Below are positions 36,201 to 47,236 of a stretch of DNA of 64,000 bases, one piece after another (position 1 is the stretch's first letter; every line of letters begins with the position of its first letter). The stretch is from Podarcis vaucheri (lineage: Eukaryota), in assembly GCA_965113315.1 (NCBI GenBank), contig OZ220375.1; one strand, written 5' to 3'. The notes under the pieces were generated by a model. The model was given only the letters and a program-made list of their open reading frames with translations, ran no database searches and was not told the DNA's origin. The position numbers and the translations under genes were made by a program.

Positions 36201-39200
36201 TTTCTTCAAAGAGGTGTTGTTCAGCCTTTTGACCCCTTTGGTTACTGTTTTCTGAAACTCTTCCAGGTCTCCTTTGTGCTTGGAGAGATATGTCGGGAGC
36301 ACGAAATGCATCACATCAACAAACAAGTGTGCAAATGCTGTGGTGACTCCTTAACTTTCCGTCGGGAATGTTTCAGTGGTTTAGGACCGGATCCAGAATA
36401 TGAGCCTACACCATTTGCTTCCGACCTGTTCACCTTCCATCCAGATTTATGCACAGCTGATCCAGAAGTTCTGAAGCGCAAGAAACAAAAGTAAGAAGCC
36501 AGAAGCATGCAGCCCAATGGTTATTTCAAATCAGTTAGTGTTTATGGACTTTAGCCTTCTTCACCACTTTAACTTCTGACCAAATGCACCTTGCTGCCTA
36601 CACTCTGCCACCCTCTTTGGCTTCTCAGAAAGTTTTCCCATTTGAACCCCCATTCCTTTACTTATCCTATTGTCTTCCCAGCCCCCCTCCCTCAATATTT
36701 CCTGGGGTTTTGCCTTTCCTGCCCCTCTCTTCCCTAGGACCTTTTACCTTCCATTTCAGAGGGGAAGCATTGTCTCCTGCCTTGTAACATCATTTCCAAC
36801 CCTATAATATCCCTAAAGGTAAAGGTGCTCCTGACCGTTAGATCCAGTCGCGGACAACTCTGGGGTTGTGTGCTCATCTCACTCTATAGGCCGAGGGAGC
36901 CAGTGTTTGTCCGCAGACAGCTTCTGGGTTATGTGGCCAGCATGACTAAGCTGCTTCTGGTGAAACCAGAGCAGTGTACGGAACGCCGTTTACCTTCCCA
37001 CCAGAGCAGTACCTATTTATCTACTTGCACTTTGATGTGCTTTTGAACTGCAAGGTGGGCAGGAGCTGGGACCAAGCAACGGGAGCTCACCCCATTGCAG
37101 GGATTCGAACCACCAACCTTCTGGTCGGCAAGCCCTAGGCTCTGTGGTTTAGACCACAGCACCACCCACGTCCCACATAATATCCCTAGTGGTGACCTAA
37201 AGTGATTATAATGACCCAATTTTGAAGTGATGATTTGAAGAAATGACATGCTTGGCCTGCTTTTACTCTCTCATCACTTTTCATGAGGCTAATGATTCCA
37301 TCCTCCAACTTACTTTTGTTGTCATTGCAGGCAGCTTGTCGACTTGATAAAGCACAAGCCCACAATCACTGATGAGCAACTAGCGGGCGTGATTGTAGAT
37401 TTCCAAGGCATGATGACACAGTGCTGCGAAGTTGCTGACCATAAGACATGTTTTGAAACAGAGGTATTTTTTAAAATGAAGAGAAGTATCCATAGCATTT
37501 TTTTTTCATTCACTGGCAGTGTGACAAGGCTATGGGCATGTGGTGGAATATGAATGTGTGGCCCTGAACTCCTAGTCAGTGGTGTGTGGCAAACAGGCAT
37601 TTCTGCAGCTCTCTGAGAAGACACACCTCAGATGTCTTCATTAATGGGATGCAACTAGTGGGATCGCAACTAGCAACACCATGAGCAGAAGGCATGGGAG
37701 ACTAGATGAGAGATAATAAATGTGACTTAAATTTTCGCTGAGGACACTCAGTGCTATTTTTCCAGAAAAAGAGGTGCCAGAACTCACCTTGAACACCTCC
37801 CTTGTTCTTTTATAATGGCAATGGTGCCCACCTGAGAGGTGCCAGAACTGAGTCTCAGTGAGAGAAAGCCCTGAGTATACTAATTCGGAATCAAGATAAT
37901 CCTGAGGACTACTGTGAGCAGATGTCCTTAGGACTGCACTGAATACAAGGCAGAGAAAGAATCAAGTCCAGAATACTCAAATGGGGAATGGGGGAATACA
38001 TTCTAGCTCAGATGCTTCAGATGCTTTTGTGTATGGGGAGCATTTGATGGTATACTGTTGTGTTCAAGACACACACTCACTCACCACCACCACCACCACC
38101 AACAACAACAACCATTGGCTACAAAATGGTAGGTTACTATTGAACTGGGTTGCTACAGAGAAGATTGAGAACTACCATAGCAGTAGACAACAGGGCTGTT
38201 CATAGACACCTCTGACCTATCCTGTGGTCCCAATCTACAATTCACCCTCTGCTGCTCTGTGAACCACTTATCCCACCCTGGATCTGTTCCCATAGTAAGG
38301 AAGGGGCAAGAGAAGCTAGGAGATGCTGCATCTCCTTCTTTTCCCCTCCAATTGGATTTAATCTTGTGGGGTACTGCACCTTGTTGAGTGACTTCCCTGC
38401 ACACAAGGAGGTTGCTTGAGAAGGTACAGCAAAAGATTTGTTGCTGCTTCAAGTGTGGTCTCCCTGCATGAAAGGGAAGCCACTTGTGAAGGAGTAGCAA
38501 CCCATACTGCTCAGCTGGTAAGTGGAAGGATCTGACCTTGTGGGGTGCTGCTTTGAGGGAGAGGAAAAAGGAAGAGTCTGGCAGGAAGAAGGAGAGGTAG
38601 AATAGGACTGGCATCTACCCACTCCTACCTTTTCCCACAAAGACATAACTGCCTATTAGGTCACTCCTTTTCATACTTTCTCCTTCTTCCTGCCCGGTAC
38701 TACACCCTCTGACAGCCCCAGTTTGCTTTGGACAGTCCAAATTGCAGCCATTTGGGGCCTGGCTAAACCAAGGCCCAGTTTTTCCTGAATCACTTCAATA
38801 CAGTTCAGTTTGTCCAAATCTAGTAGACAAACAACCAACAATGAGTTTCCAGGAAACCAGGAACTGGGTCTCAAGGTTAAGGTGTGAGCAAGAGAACAAA
38901 AAAAAATATGTTTCTTTGTTTGAATGTGGTACTCTGGACATATGGAATTGTAATTGCTGCTTTTGCTGAACAATTAAAGTGAGACTGTGGGTGATGAGAC
39001 AGAGTTTTCAGTTCCTTGCTTGTGAAGAATTGACTCTCCATATAATTTATGAGAGGCTGTTAAACTAGCATGATTAACTATGCATCCAGTGAAAGAACTA
39101 TGAGGAATACTTTCCTTAACAATGTCTGAGGGAATTGTGTGTTTTTCTTCCAGGGTCCCAAACTGATTGAAAGGACCCGAACTGCTTTTGGAGAAAGCTA

Positions 39201-39201
39201 A
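23778..39201 (+). CDS. Albumin-family gene A (serum albumin-like, alpha-fetoprotein lineage), 14 coding exons, 613 aa, intact
   Basis: join(23778..23862,24650..24707,26124..26259,27288..27499,28286..28418,30247..30344,30867..30996,32108..32322,33551..33683,34408..34505,35096..35234,36267..36490,37331..37463,39154..39201) = 1842 nt, open, all GT-AG. MKWVTFIS signal peptide, RRYR pro-site and three albumin domains with the CC pattern. Confidence 0.96.
24177..24435 (+). mobile_element. tRNA-derived squamate SINE (Squam3-type), full length
   Basis: GAGAGCCAGTGTGGTGTAGTGGTTAAG (A box)..GGGTTCGCGTCTCC (B box)..(CTT)n tail. Confidence 0.9.
24650..24707 (+). CDS. Gene A exon 2
   Basis: 58 nt; GHQDTIAQATEVTPDEFRGI; TTTACAG/GTAAGT. 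Confidence 0.9.
25689..25931. mobile_element. Tc1/mariner (Tigger-like) MITE
   Basis: TIR CAGTGGTACCTCGGGTTA/TAACCCGAGGTACCACTG; TA TSD. Confidence 0.9.
26124..26259 (+). CDS. Gene A exon 3
   Basis: VLVITSQALQQATYEEVSK..KCAADEKSDPECSKPL. Confidence 0.93.
27288..27499 (+). CDS. Gene A exon 4
   Basis: 212 nt; GTVFLDEICHE..KYGFADCC..CKAFE. Confidence 0.95.
28286..28418 (+). CDS. Gene A exon 5
   Basis: 133 nt; YVYAIARRHPF..CCKEADKDACFAEK. Confidence 0.95.
29167..29258. repeat. (GATA)n microsatellite
   Basis: Imperfect GATA/GAT run. Confidence 0.9.
29362..30132 (-). mobile_element. ~770-bp LTR-like repeat, copy 2 (intron 5 of gene A)
   Basis: Colinear with 5989-6770, with the same termini. 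Confidence 0.75.
30247..30344 (+). CDS. Gene A exon 6
   Basis: 98 nt; ATEVTKYMRKEFARQKQICSVHRKLGELPLRAL. Confidence 0.92.
30867..30996 (+). CDS. Gene A exon 7
   Basis: 130 nt; KVAQLSQKFPKADF..ECCKGDTLECLLDR. Confidence 0.95.
31071..31467. mobile_element. Non-autonomous hAT-type DNA transposon
   Basis: 17-bp TIR CAGTGGCGTAGCGTGGG; 8-bp TSD GTTGTTTG (31063-31070, 31468-31475). Confidence 0.9.
32108..32322 (+). CDS. Gene A exon 8
   Basis: 215 nt; ADVSKYICSHQ..DCCEK..ENDDKPADL..EVCKHY. Confidence 0.95.
33163..33243. repeat. (AAC)n/(AAAC)n microsatellite
   Basis: Seen directly. Confidence 0.9.
33551..33683 (+). CDS. Gene A exon 9
   Basis: 133 nt; FVHEYSRRHPEL..LLEKCCALENVVECLGHG. Confidence 0.95.
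34408..34505 (+). CDS. Gene A exon 10
   Basis: 98 nt; EAELKKHISDTLEVMKKNCELHATAGDYLFQNE. Confidence 0.95.
34921..35032. mobile_element. Short MITE-like repeat (partial)
   Basis: Reverse-complement match to 37749-37873. Confidence 0.6.
35096..35234 (+). CDS. Gene A exon 11
   Basis: 139 nt; LLVSYTKKAPQLT..KCCHEDEAHKLPCAEKY. Confidence 0.95.
36267..36490 (+). CDS. Gene A exon 12
   Basis: 224 nt; VSFVLGEICREHE..VCKCC..RRECFS..FTFHPDLC. Confidence 0.95.
36816..37174 (-). mobile_element. Sauria-type SINE
   Basis: Homologous to 3707-4067; (ACCTTT) tail; TSD ATAATATCCCTA at 36804-36815 and 37177-37188. Confidence 0.88.
37331..37463 (+). CDS. Gene A exon 13
   Basis: 133 nt; QLVDLIKHKPTITDEQL..QCCEVADHKTCFETE. 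Confidence 0.95.
37749..37873. mobile_element. Short MITE-like repeat
   Basis: CAGTGCTATTTTT..AAAGCCCTG termini; inverted relative to 34921-35032. Confidence 0.6.
39154..39201 (+). CDS. Gene A exon 14 (last coding exon)
   Basis: GPKLIERTRTAFGES* ; donor CAG|GTGAGC after 39210. Confidence 0.92.
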   Translation, partial: GPKLIERTRTAFGES

Positions 39202-40484
39202 ACATCTCAGGTGAGCAGATGTGGAAGAGAGGCTTGGGTCAAGGTGTCTCCGTGATTTAGTACTGATGAAAAGACCTAACTGGTACCTGCTGTGGAGGCA
39301 GTTATGCACGGGGGACTGTGATTGCATTGAAAGTTAGTGGATTGTTCTGTGTCCTTCCAGAATCATTTAGTTCTCTGCTGTTTTAGCTACATGCCTGATA
39401 CATATCCATAGCCAAACATGACTTTATGGATGTTCACGTTACATTATATGAGCACACAATCTGCATACAATATCTGTGTTCACAAATAAGTGGGGCAAAC
39501 CCTAGTATAGTTATTCACTTGTATCATTCAACAGGTATATAGTCTGTGCCCCTGTATAGACAATAACTGAGCTACACAAAGAAGTGCATGCTCTTTCACA
39601 CAAACGTATGAACATTTGTACATGTGTAGACACAACTGGTACATGTATTCAGTGTAATGCATAATTACACTATGACAGAAGGCTGTATATCTGAATCATT
39701 TAGTAAGCATGCCTTCCAGATTCATATAATACACTTCCCTTGGAGATACAGAGAAATGCAGATGTTGAGATATTAAAAGATTTTATTATTTCAAAGTTCT
39801 GAAAGGAACCAAAGTTTGTAGGGTCTATTGCATCCATCACACATTTGCTTCACTATGAACAAGATTGTCAGGATTTTGGATTACTTCAAAAGCTTTCCAA
39901 ACTTGTTGGATGAGGGGTGTCAGTGGAAGAAAAGACAGGTGATTTTATTTCATAGGAGCCAAATTTTCTATTTTAATAGTCTCTATGGACATAACAAACA
40001 CTCTTGTTGTAAGCATGATTCTGAAAAGCAGTTACCTCGATGGCATTTTTTTCACATTATTCAGTGACAAGCCCAAGTCTGTCAGTGGCAATATAGAGCA
40101 TTCAGGTGAAATGCATGGTAGCAAACACACATTGTTCCTACATGCAGTTAACTGTTTACATTATCAAGTGCACAATCTGAATTCAAGTAACCCCCTGTCC
40201 CAGCACCCACATTTTCAACTTGATATTCAGACTTGGAATGGTACAAGGTCCCCCCAAACTCACATCTGAGTCTTCCTGGAATTTATCTTCCCTCATTATG
40301 AGTGGAACGTTCTTAAGTGGAACAAATCAACTCAGTCTTACAGGAAGATCTTTATGTAACTAGTAATGGGACTGTATGAATTGAGTGAGGTAGCTTTTAT
40401 TTTCTAAAATGTTCTGCAGGTTAGCCTTGGGACTTGTTCTCGCTTACTGCAGCAAATCATTTATTGGTTCTTATTTTCTTCTAG

Positions 40485-40670
40485 CTCAGCAATGGAAGAA
40501 TCCTGGAGATAAAGTCCAAACATGCTCAAGCGCCCTCGAATGCTTGCTTCCTTGTTAAATGTCACCCTTCTAATTCAAAGGAAATGAGGATGTGATTCTT
40601 CCATAATCTTCATCTCTCATGACAGTCGTACTGTCGAGAATGAATAAAGTCTTTAAACAAATAAACATCC
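40485..40670 (+). other. Gene A non-coding exon 15 (3'UTR) with polyadenylation signals
   Basis: Acceptor TTATTTTCTTCTAG at 40484; AATAAA at 40643-40648 and 40660-40665. Albumin-family genes have a non-coding exon 15. Confidence 0.65.
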
Positions 40671-41011
40671 CCTTTGCAGTCCAGTGATTCATTTAATCAG
40701 AGCTGAAACAAATGTGCTGTGATTTTGTGCATGGATACTCTGTTAGTGTGGGGGAGTGGGGTGGGTGTAGGACCTTTGGGGGCACTCTGTAACTATTGCT
40801 GCCTGAAGACATTTTTCAGGTGTGTGTGTAGAGCAATTCAGCAGGCCACATTACCTGCTTCTCACCTTCACCCACCAATTCTAGAGCTCCCAACAACATG
40901 GATGCGCCAGCTCCTTTACCATTATCTTGTCCCAGATTCCTTAAGCATGTTTGCAGCCTGACTCCCATCTGAGATGTTCACCATGTGTGGATGAATGGAA
41001 AAAGATTTAGG

Positions 41012-41524
41012 TGTTCTTGCCCTTCCTAGCCAAGTAAGGCACACCTCTGATAGTTAAGTCTTTATTGACAAGAAAAGTGTGTACAGTAGCTTCCACAGTG
41101 CTCCGGATACACACTCATACACACTTCTAGCCTCAAGGCAGATGTCCACAGGTCCAGGCCCTGTGGAATAGTTGCAGCAACAGGGAGACTCCATCCTCCA
41201 CTGCCAGCCTACATACCCTGTCCTGATGGGTTACGTGCCTGCAACCTGAGATTTCTCTTGCATGGAAGTCGCTGCTTCAAGACCTTCCTGGTTCTAGGAG
41301 TTCTAGGGAAGGTGGGAAGTCTACTGACCCATCTGTTGGCTCAACAGCCTCTTCTTCTGCTACATCTAGCACACTTTCCTCCATCTCAGGCTGCCCCGAC
41401 TCTCCGTCCTCTCCTGGCTCCTGCCTTGCAAGTGGTGTCAAACCCCACAAATCACCTCTCCTGGGTATCTGGCCTGGTCCCTGCCTCCACCCCACACTCT
41501 TTGGAGTGCTACCAGCCCCTGACA
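41012..41524 (-). mobile_element. Gypsy-type solo LTR
   Basis: TGTCAGG..AATAAA..AGAACA on the minus strand; flanks TTAGG/GTAGG are TSD-like. Confidence 0.75.
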
Positions 41525-42569
41525 GTAGGTCAGTTCTACTCATTGCCTCATGTCAGGCTATAGATTGAAAGGGCAGGACTAGATTGTATGGAATAAGATT
41601 TCAGGGACAATGTTCTTGTAACACAAAAAAACTCCTCCCTCCATGGAAACAGCTAGCACTTGAGGATGAAGGCTCTGCAAAACCATTTTTTCCTGGTCTG
41701 AACATTTTCTAAACATATAGTAATTTTATATGTGTGGAAGCATTCAAGAAAACCATCTTCTCCCTTTAGTAAGGGAAAGGAAAACAGCCCAGAATCTCTG
41801 CTTTCTGACTCAGTTTTCTTATTTTCTCCATCTTGGTCCTAGCAAGAGAATATTCTGCAAAATGACTCCTTTTCTTGGCTGGGTAGGGACAGGCTGTGAG
41901 GATGTTATAGCTCTATCCAAGGGCCATGCAACACCTCCCTGCCCCTCATATGAGTAAAATAAACTTCTGCGACCATGAGCCCAGCATATCCATGAAAGTT
42001 TCCCATGCAGTTGAGATTCTGTGTGGCAGAAGATTACTCTCACAAGGGCCTAAGGGCATAGAAGAGTCATATGGTCAAAAGTGCACCCCACATTTGCTGG
42101 TGACCTTATTAATAAAAAGCAAGTTTTATTCCAAGTGAAACATATTTATGGATTCTCTAGTCCAAAGTCTGCAAAGTTTAGATGTGCAGAAAAGTCACCA
42201 TGTCACCAAGAATGGTACCATTTCATTCAATAAAGAGAATATTATTTTCAGCACTTCCTTATTCCCCTAGAACATTGAAGAGAATGAGACAGTCTGTCCC
42301 TCTTTGTTTATGCATACTGGAAACCTGACATGGGAAAAGACATACAGGGATTGCCCCCAAAGTCTGCCACTACCCCTTCCTTGTTCATAGTTGCTGTGGG
42401 ATGATTCAAATGCCCTTTTCCAGTTTTGGCTGGTATCATAATAGCTGCTTGCACTGGGATAGCTTGGCCACAGTTGTTGAGACAATGATACTCCAGTACT
42501 GTAATTCCCTTTTAGATCTCTCATCCCCAGCAAATGGAAAGGTGCTTAGCACAAAGTTTCCTGGATCTA

Positions 42570-43031
42570 CCGTATTTTTTGCCCATAGGGCGCACCGCCC
42601 CATAGGATGCACCTAGTTTTTTTTGGGGGGGGGAATAAAGAAAAAAAATTATTTCCCCCCCAGGCGCGGGCTGGCGCGGGGGAAGCCCGAGCTTCCCCCG
42701 ACCCCAGCCCCCAGAACAGCCTGCTATCCGCAAGCCTAGGGATCCTGGCGGGAAGTCGCGCTGGTCTCCCCGGGCTTGCGGAGAGCTGCGTGAAGCCCGG
42801 GACTGCAGGCAGCTCTGCGCAACCCTTGGGAGACCGGCATGAAGTCGCGCCGGTCTCCCTAGGGTTGCGCAGAGCTTCCTGAAGCCTGGAGAGCGAGAGG
42901 GGTTGGTGCACACTGACCCCTCTCGCTCTCCAGGCTTCAGCGAAAGCCTGCATTCACCCCATAGGACGCACACACATTTCTCCTTCATTTTTGGAGGGGG
43001 GAAAGTGCGCCCTATAGGGCGAAAAATATGG
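42570..43031. mobile_element. Tc1/mariner-superfamily MITE with internal hairpins
   Basis: TIR CCGTATTTTTTGCCC/GGGCGAAAAATATGG and TA TSD; long internal palindromes at about 42812-42874 and 42880-42938. Confidence 0.85.
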
Positions 43032-44096
43032 TATTTGTCTGAAATCTGGAAGGTTTCTTACCAAGCAACGCCTCTCTCATGTAGGCTATTTTCTAACCGT
43101 TTTCAAAAAAAATACTATCCTTCTGAAATTTGGCAGAAATAGTGGCTTCAGGGTCACCTTGCTCAGAATAAGATCCACTTCTGCCTAAAAATAAATAGAC
43201 ACTTCATTAAAAGCAAGCAAGCAAGCAAACTAACTATCCAACACAAAAACTAACACAAAGCTGCCCATCACAAAAGATCCTGACTTATTTTCTTGTAATT
43301 CGGGATATATATATTTTTCTGGAGGGGCCTGCAAATTTCATCCACTTCTGTCAACAGGGAGAGAGAAGTCAATGGTGACTCCAAGACTGTATTACGAGGT
43401 TTTCCTTGTGTCTGGTACAAAAACTACAGTTAGGACAGTATGCTGCAGCATCATTGTTAACAACAGTGAGATTATGTGGGCACATTGCACCTTTGCTCAA
43501 ATAAGTGTACCAGCAGCCAAGTTTAAGGAATTACTGTTAACATATAAAGCCCTAAATAGATTGGGGTCATTTTATCTGAAGACTTGCTTGGCCCCACACA
43601 TTCATACTCTATAGCTCCAACCTGTGGCAATTTGTAGTTGTACCAGTGCCATGTAAACTTTGTTCTTAATCAGGGAGGAAATATTCAGGGTAGCACCAAT
43701 ATTTATAACTCCTTGCCTTTGAATATCAAATAGAATCTCTCGTTGGACTGTTTAAAATGTTTCCTAAAACATTATTTCTGTTGAAAAGTTAACCCACACG
43801 TGGAATAGTTTTATTACGTCTACTAGTTTTTAATTTTTGTTGTGTTAACTGGGGTTTTTTTCCAGGAGGGAATACAATATTCTATATCAAACACTTAGAG
43901 ATTTTACATTTTTAACAGACTATATATTTTGTTAACTGAAGAAACAAAAATTATTTATTAAACAAGCAATGGTTTATTGGTGACCTAAGTCAACCTACTT
44001 GATCACATTGGGGAACATGCGTCAAAACATTCTCCTCCTCCTCCTCCTCTCTAAAATGGTTGTGCCATCTCTTTGCAGGTACTACATAGCCACACA

Positions 44097-44862
44097 ATGT
44101 TCAACTGTTCAACCAGCCATCTAGAGTGGTGGAATTCCTTCTGCATGGATTCTCTGATACTCAGGAACTGAAGACATTTCATTTCATTACATTCTTGATC
44201 CTTTATCTGATTGCTGTCACTGAAAACCTCATCAACATCACAGTCATAATTTTCAGTCCTCAGCTTCACAAACCCATGTACTTCTTTCTAGCCAATCTGA
44301 CATTCCAAGACCTTCTGTGATGAACAGAAAAGCATGTGTCAAAATGGCAATCAGTGCATGGATTACTGGGCTTATCTATTCCACAGTATATACTGGCAGT
44401 ACATTCACAACTGAGTTCTGTTCTAATGACATCAGTCAGTTTTTTCTGTGAAACTCCATAGTTATTCAAAATTGCTTTATCGTATTTCGGATTATTTGTG
44501 TTGGTGACTCTCTGGCCTTTTTCTACCTTGCTGTAATAGTTTATTCATACGTTAAAATCTTCAGTGCAGTTCTAAAAATTCCTTCTGCCCAGGGAAAAGA
44601 AAAAGCCTTCTCAACTTGCTTGCCACATCTTATTGTAATATCTTTATATTTTGTTAGCGGTTCATTTGTTTATCTAAAGCAAAGCTCTGTGTCACTATCA
44701 TCAAGTGACACAGAGCTTTTGGATCTTGTTGCTTCTATGTTCTATTGCATGTTTCCACCAGTTATGAACCCATTAATCTATAGCATTAGGAATAAGGAAT
44801 TGAAAACAGCATTATGGAAGTTGAATGCAAATCTCTTCTACCAATTCTTCCCCAATTTCTAA
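44097..44862 (+). pseudogene. Olfactory receptor pseudogene (OR14-like)
   Basis: VEFLLHGFSD, LHKPMYFFLANL, then a deletion removing TM3/MAYDRY at about 44315, EFCSNDISQFFCETP* (nonsense), frameshifts, KAFSTCLPHL and PPVMNPLIYSIRN. Confidence 0.92.
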
Positions 44863-45770
44863 TGGCCAAAACATGGATTACCTTTATATTTCCATCAAAA
44901 AAACTAAAAATAATTTCTAAACATTTATTATACATAAATCACTATTTGCATGCCAAATGTAATCCTTTGAAGGAACACACTTTCTAACTAACAACATTTT
45001 CTATATTTGTTTTCCTGTGGTCTATATTAAAGAGTGGAAACATTTTTGTCAATTTGCTTATTTTGTACTTACTTTCTCACACTGTTTTCTGTTTGTTCTG
45101 CTGCATTGTGTCAGATCCATGGTAAGTCAGAACTATATTTTTCAGCTTGATTATATGCATGCCTTTGCAGATGTGGGTCCATATTGGCCCAATAAAGCAG
45201 ATTTTCACCAGCAAGATCTGTGCATCTTTGAGTGGGTGAAGTTGTCTTTAGACTCATGTGAGTTGAAAGAGATAGACCCATGAAAAGTGGTTTTTCTGTA
45301 TTCACAAAGTTGCAAAGATTCTGGCAAAGGAGCTACAAACTACCCACCAAGTCCAATTTTTGCTGTAGAATTGGTAAACCATACCAGAAAAGGGAATATC
45401 TTTTTTAACCAGGAAAGGCAAAAACTGAGGACACATTCCATCAAATTCTATACTTGATCATCGCCTGCACCTCTTACTAAATCCACTCATTGCTGTCGAC
45501 TTTGTTATCAATCTTTGCTATCCTTCCTTTATGAATTGTAAAATACGTGGCTAAATAAAGTGTTCAACCAGGAAAGATTGATATATTGTGTTAATGAAAA
45601 GGCTACTTCTTCAGCTTCACCTATCCCTATAGAAACTAGCCAAGGAATTTGAAAGTCTGAGGGACCCTACAGGGAGGCCAAAAACATATGCTAGTCTCCC
45701 CATTGCCCATGGACAGCAGGAAGAAGATCCATGTTAGAAAATGCATTTCTCAGATACTTAGAACCAGCAC

Positions 45771-46459
45771 TTCAAGGCTTGCACAATTTCAAGCTGCCAC
45801 TCATTGGGAAAGGAGGGACAGGTAAGAGTCCAAAGGGTGGGTAGAGGAGGCAGAGGCACAGGAGAACTATCCAGGGGGAGGGACCAGTGATTTGTGGGGT
45901 TCTGTGCCACTTGTGAGGCAGGGAGAAGAGGAAGAGGCTAGGCAGGTAGAGACAGGAAAACATAGAGGTGGAAGACACTGACTTGGGCTGTTCGAATCTC
46001 CTCAGCTCCTCTCCCTGCCTCCAAGGATAAGGAGGGGTTTAAAGCAAGAGGAGCAGGTGGAAATGTACACAGGGAGAGTTTCCGGTTACTTCCACATACC
46101 ACATTAGAAGAGGGGGTTTAAATGTGCTGGAGGAGGCAGGATGTGCAGATGCTCCAACTGCTTGTCTCAGCAGTTGGAGGTGTGCCTCAGAGCAGAGGTG
46201 TGAAGAAGCAGATGCCCAGCTAGCTATTTAGCAGGAGTGCCACATGTGATTCTCTCACCTTAGGAGTTGAATGTAATCAAGTGGTGAAAGACAGCGAGAG
46301 AAACTAAAATTGGCGGATTTGTTCATTTCTATGTAAACAGGAAGTTGGATTATATTATATTTGCTCAGTGCTGCAGGGAATCATTGGTGACTTTAGCTGA
46401 ATATAAAAGAAATTTCTGTAGTAAATTCCTGCCCATGGCCAGGAAGGGCCTCCTCAACA
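45771..46459 (+). mobile_element. Degenerate solo LTR related to 41012-41524
   Basis: Shares GTGATTTGTGGGGTT..CCACTTG..AGGCAGG and terminal TGGC.AGGAAGGGC..ACA with that LTR. Boundaries are approximate. Confidence 0.5.
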
Positions 46460-46865
46460 AGGAAGAAAGAAAGCATATCAATCTAAAGCAGTGTCTGTTG
46501 AGACACATTCAGATGTTGTCTAAAATAACAATACAGGGTTCACTGTTTCTTCATTACGTGATTAGCCCAAAGCGCTTTCATTTTCTCCTCTAATGTAATC
46601 AAGACCCTTCAATGCATCGTTGCAATAATAATTTGATGGAAAGTGAGAGCCAGAAAAAAGAAAGTTCTAATGAAATTCTGCCCTGCCCATTTAACTGGGT
46701 TGCCCCAGCCACTCTGGGTGACTTCCAACATAATATAAAACACAGTGAAACATCAGTGTGGGATGGGAACAAAATAAAAACAGTAGGATTTCTGTCATCA
46801 GAAGACAGCTGGTCTGAAAATCTCTAGCTCCACTAGACATTTCTTTTCTGACTTTCATAGATTAA

Positions 46866-47236
46866 TGAATAAGATTCCAGTCTGGATTTTCAGCCCCTGT
46901 TCTGAAAGGGCAAATATTTACTCTTCAACAGCCTTGAGAACAAATGTCACACACGATACCATTGAACTTAAGCTCTTTAAATTGACCAGGCCCACTCACA
47001 TCAATTCAATTCACCTTTGGACAGAATATTGATGGGGGGAAAAGTTGACCTAAGAGTTATCGGGTAACAAACAAAGTTTGCATTACCTCCTGGGAGTCTG
47101 ATAATTATTAGCAGGAGTATTTCTGAGATTCTAATTGGGAATGTGACAGTAACCCAACATGCATGCACAAAAGTATAAAAAGCTCATCTACCCATTTGCT
47201 GCTTTCCACATCCCAGCCCCTCAATAATTTGAAACT
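46866..47236 (+). promoter_or_regulatory. Promoter/5'UTR of albumin-family gene B
   Basis: TATAAAA 47174-47180; HNF1-like GATAATTATTAGC 47100-47112; TCACCTTTGGACA 47011-47023; TATTTAC 46915-46921. Alignable to the gene A promoter. Confidence 0.7.

Noticed and set aside
23778-39201. Assigning the symbol ALB (or AFP) outright
   Set aside because: Motifs are AFP-like while the prepro-region and disulfides are albumin-like, and synteny is non-canonical. Orthology needs a phylogeny.
40615-40640. Iron-responsive element in the 3'UTR
   Set aside because: The sequence is CAGUCG rather than CAGUGN, and the stem geometry does not fit.
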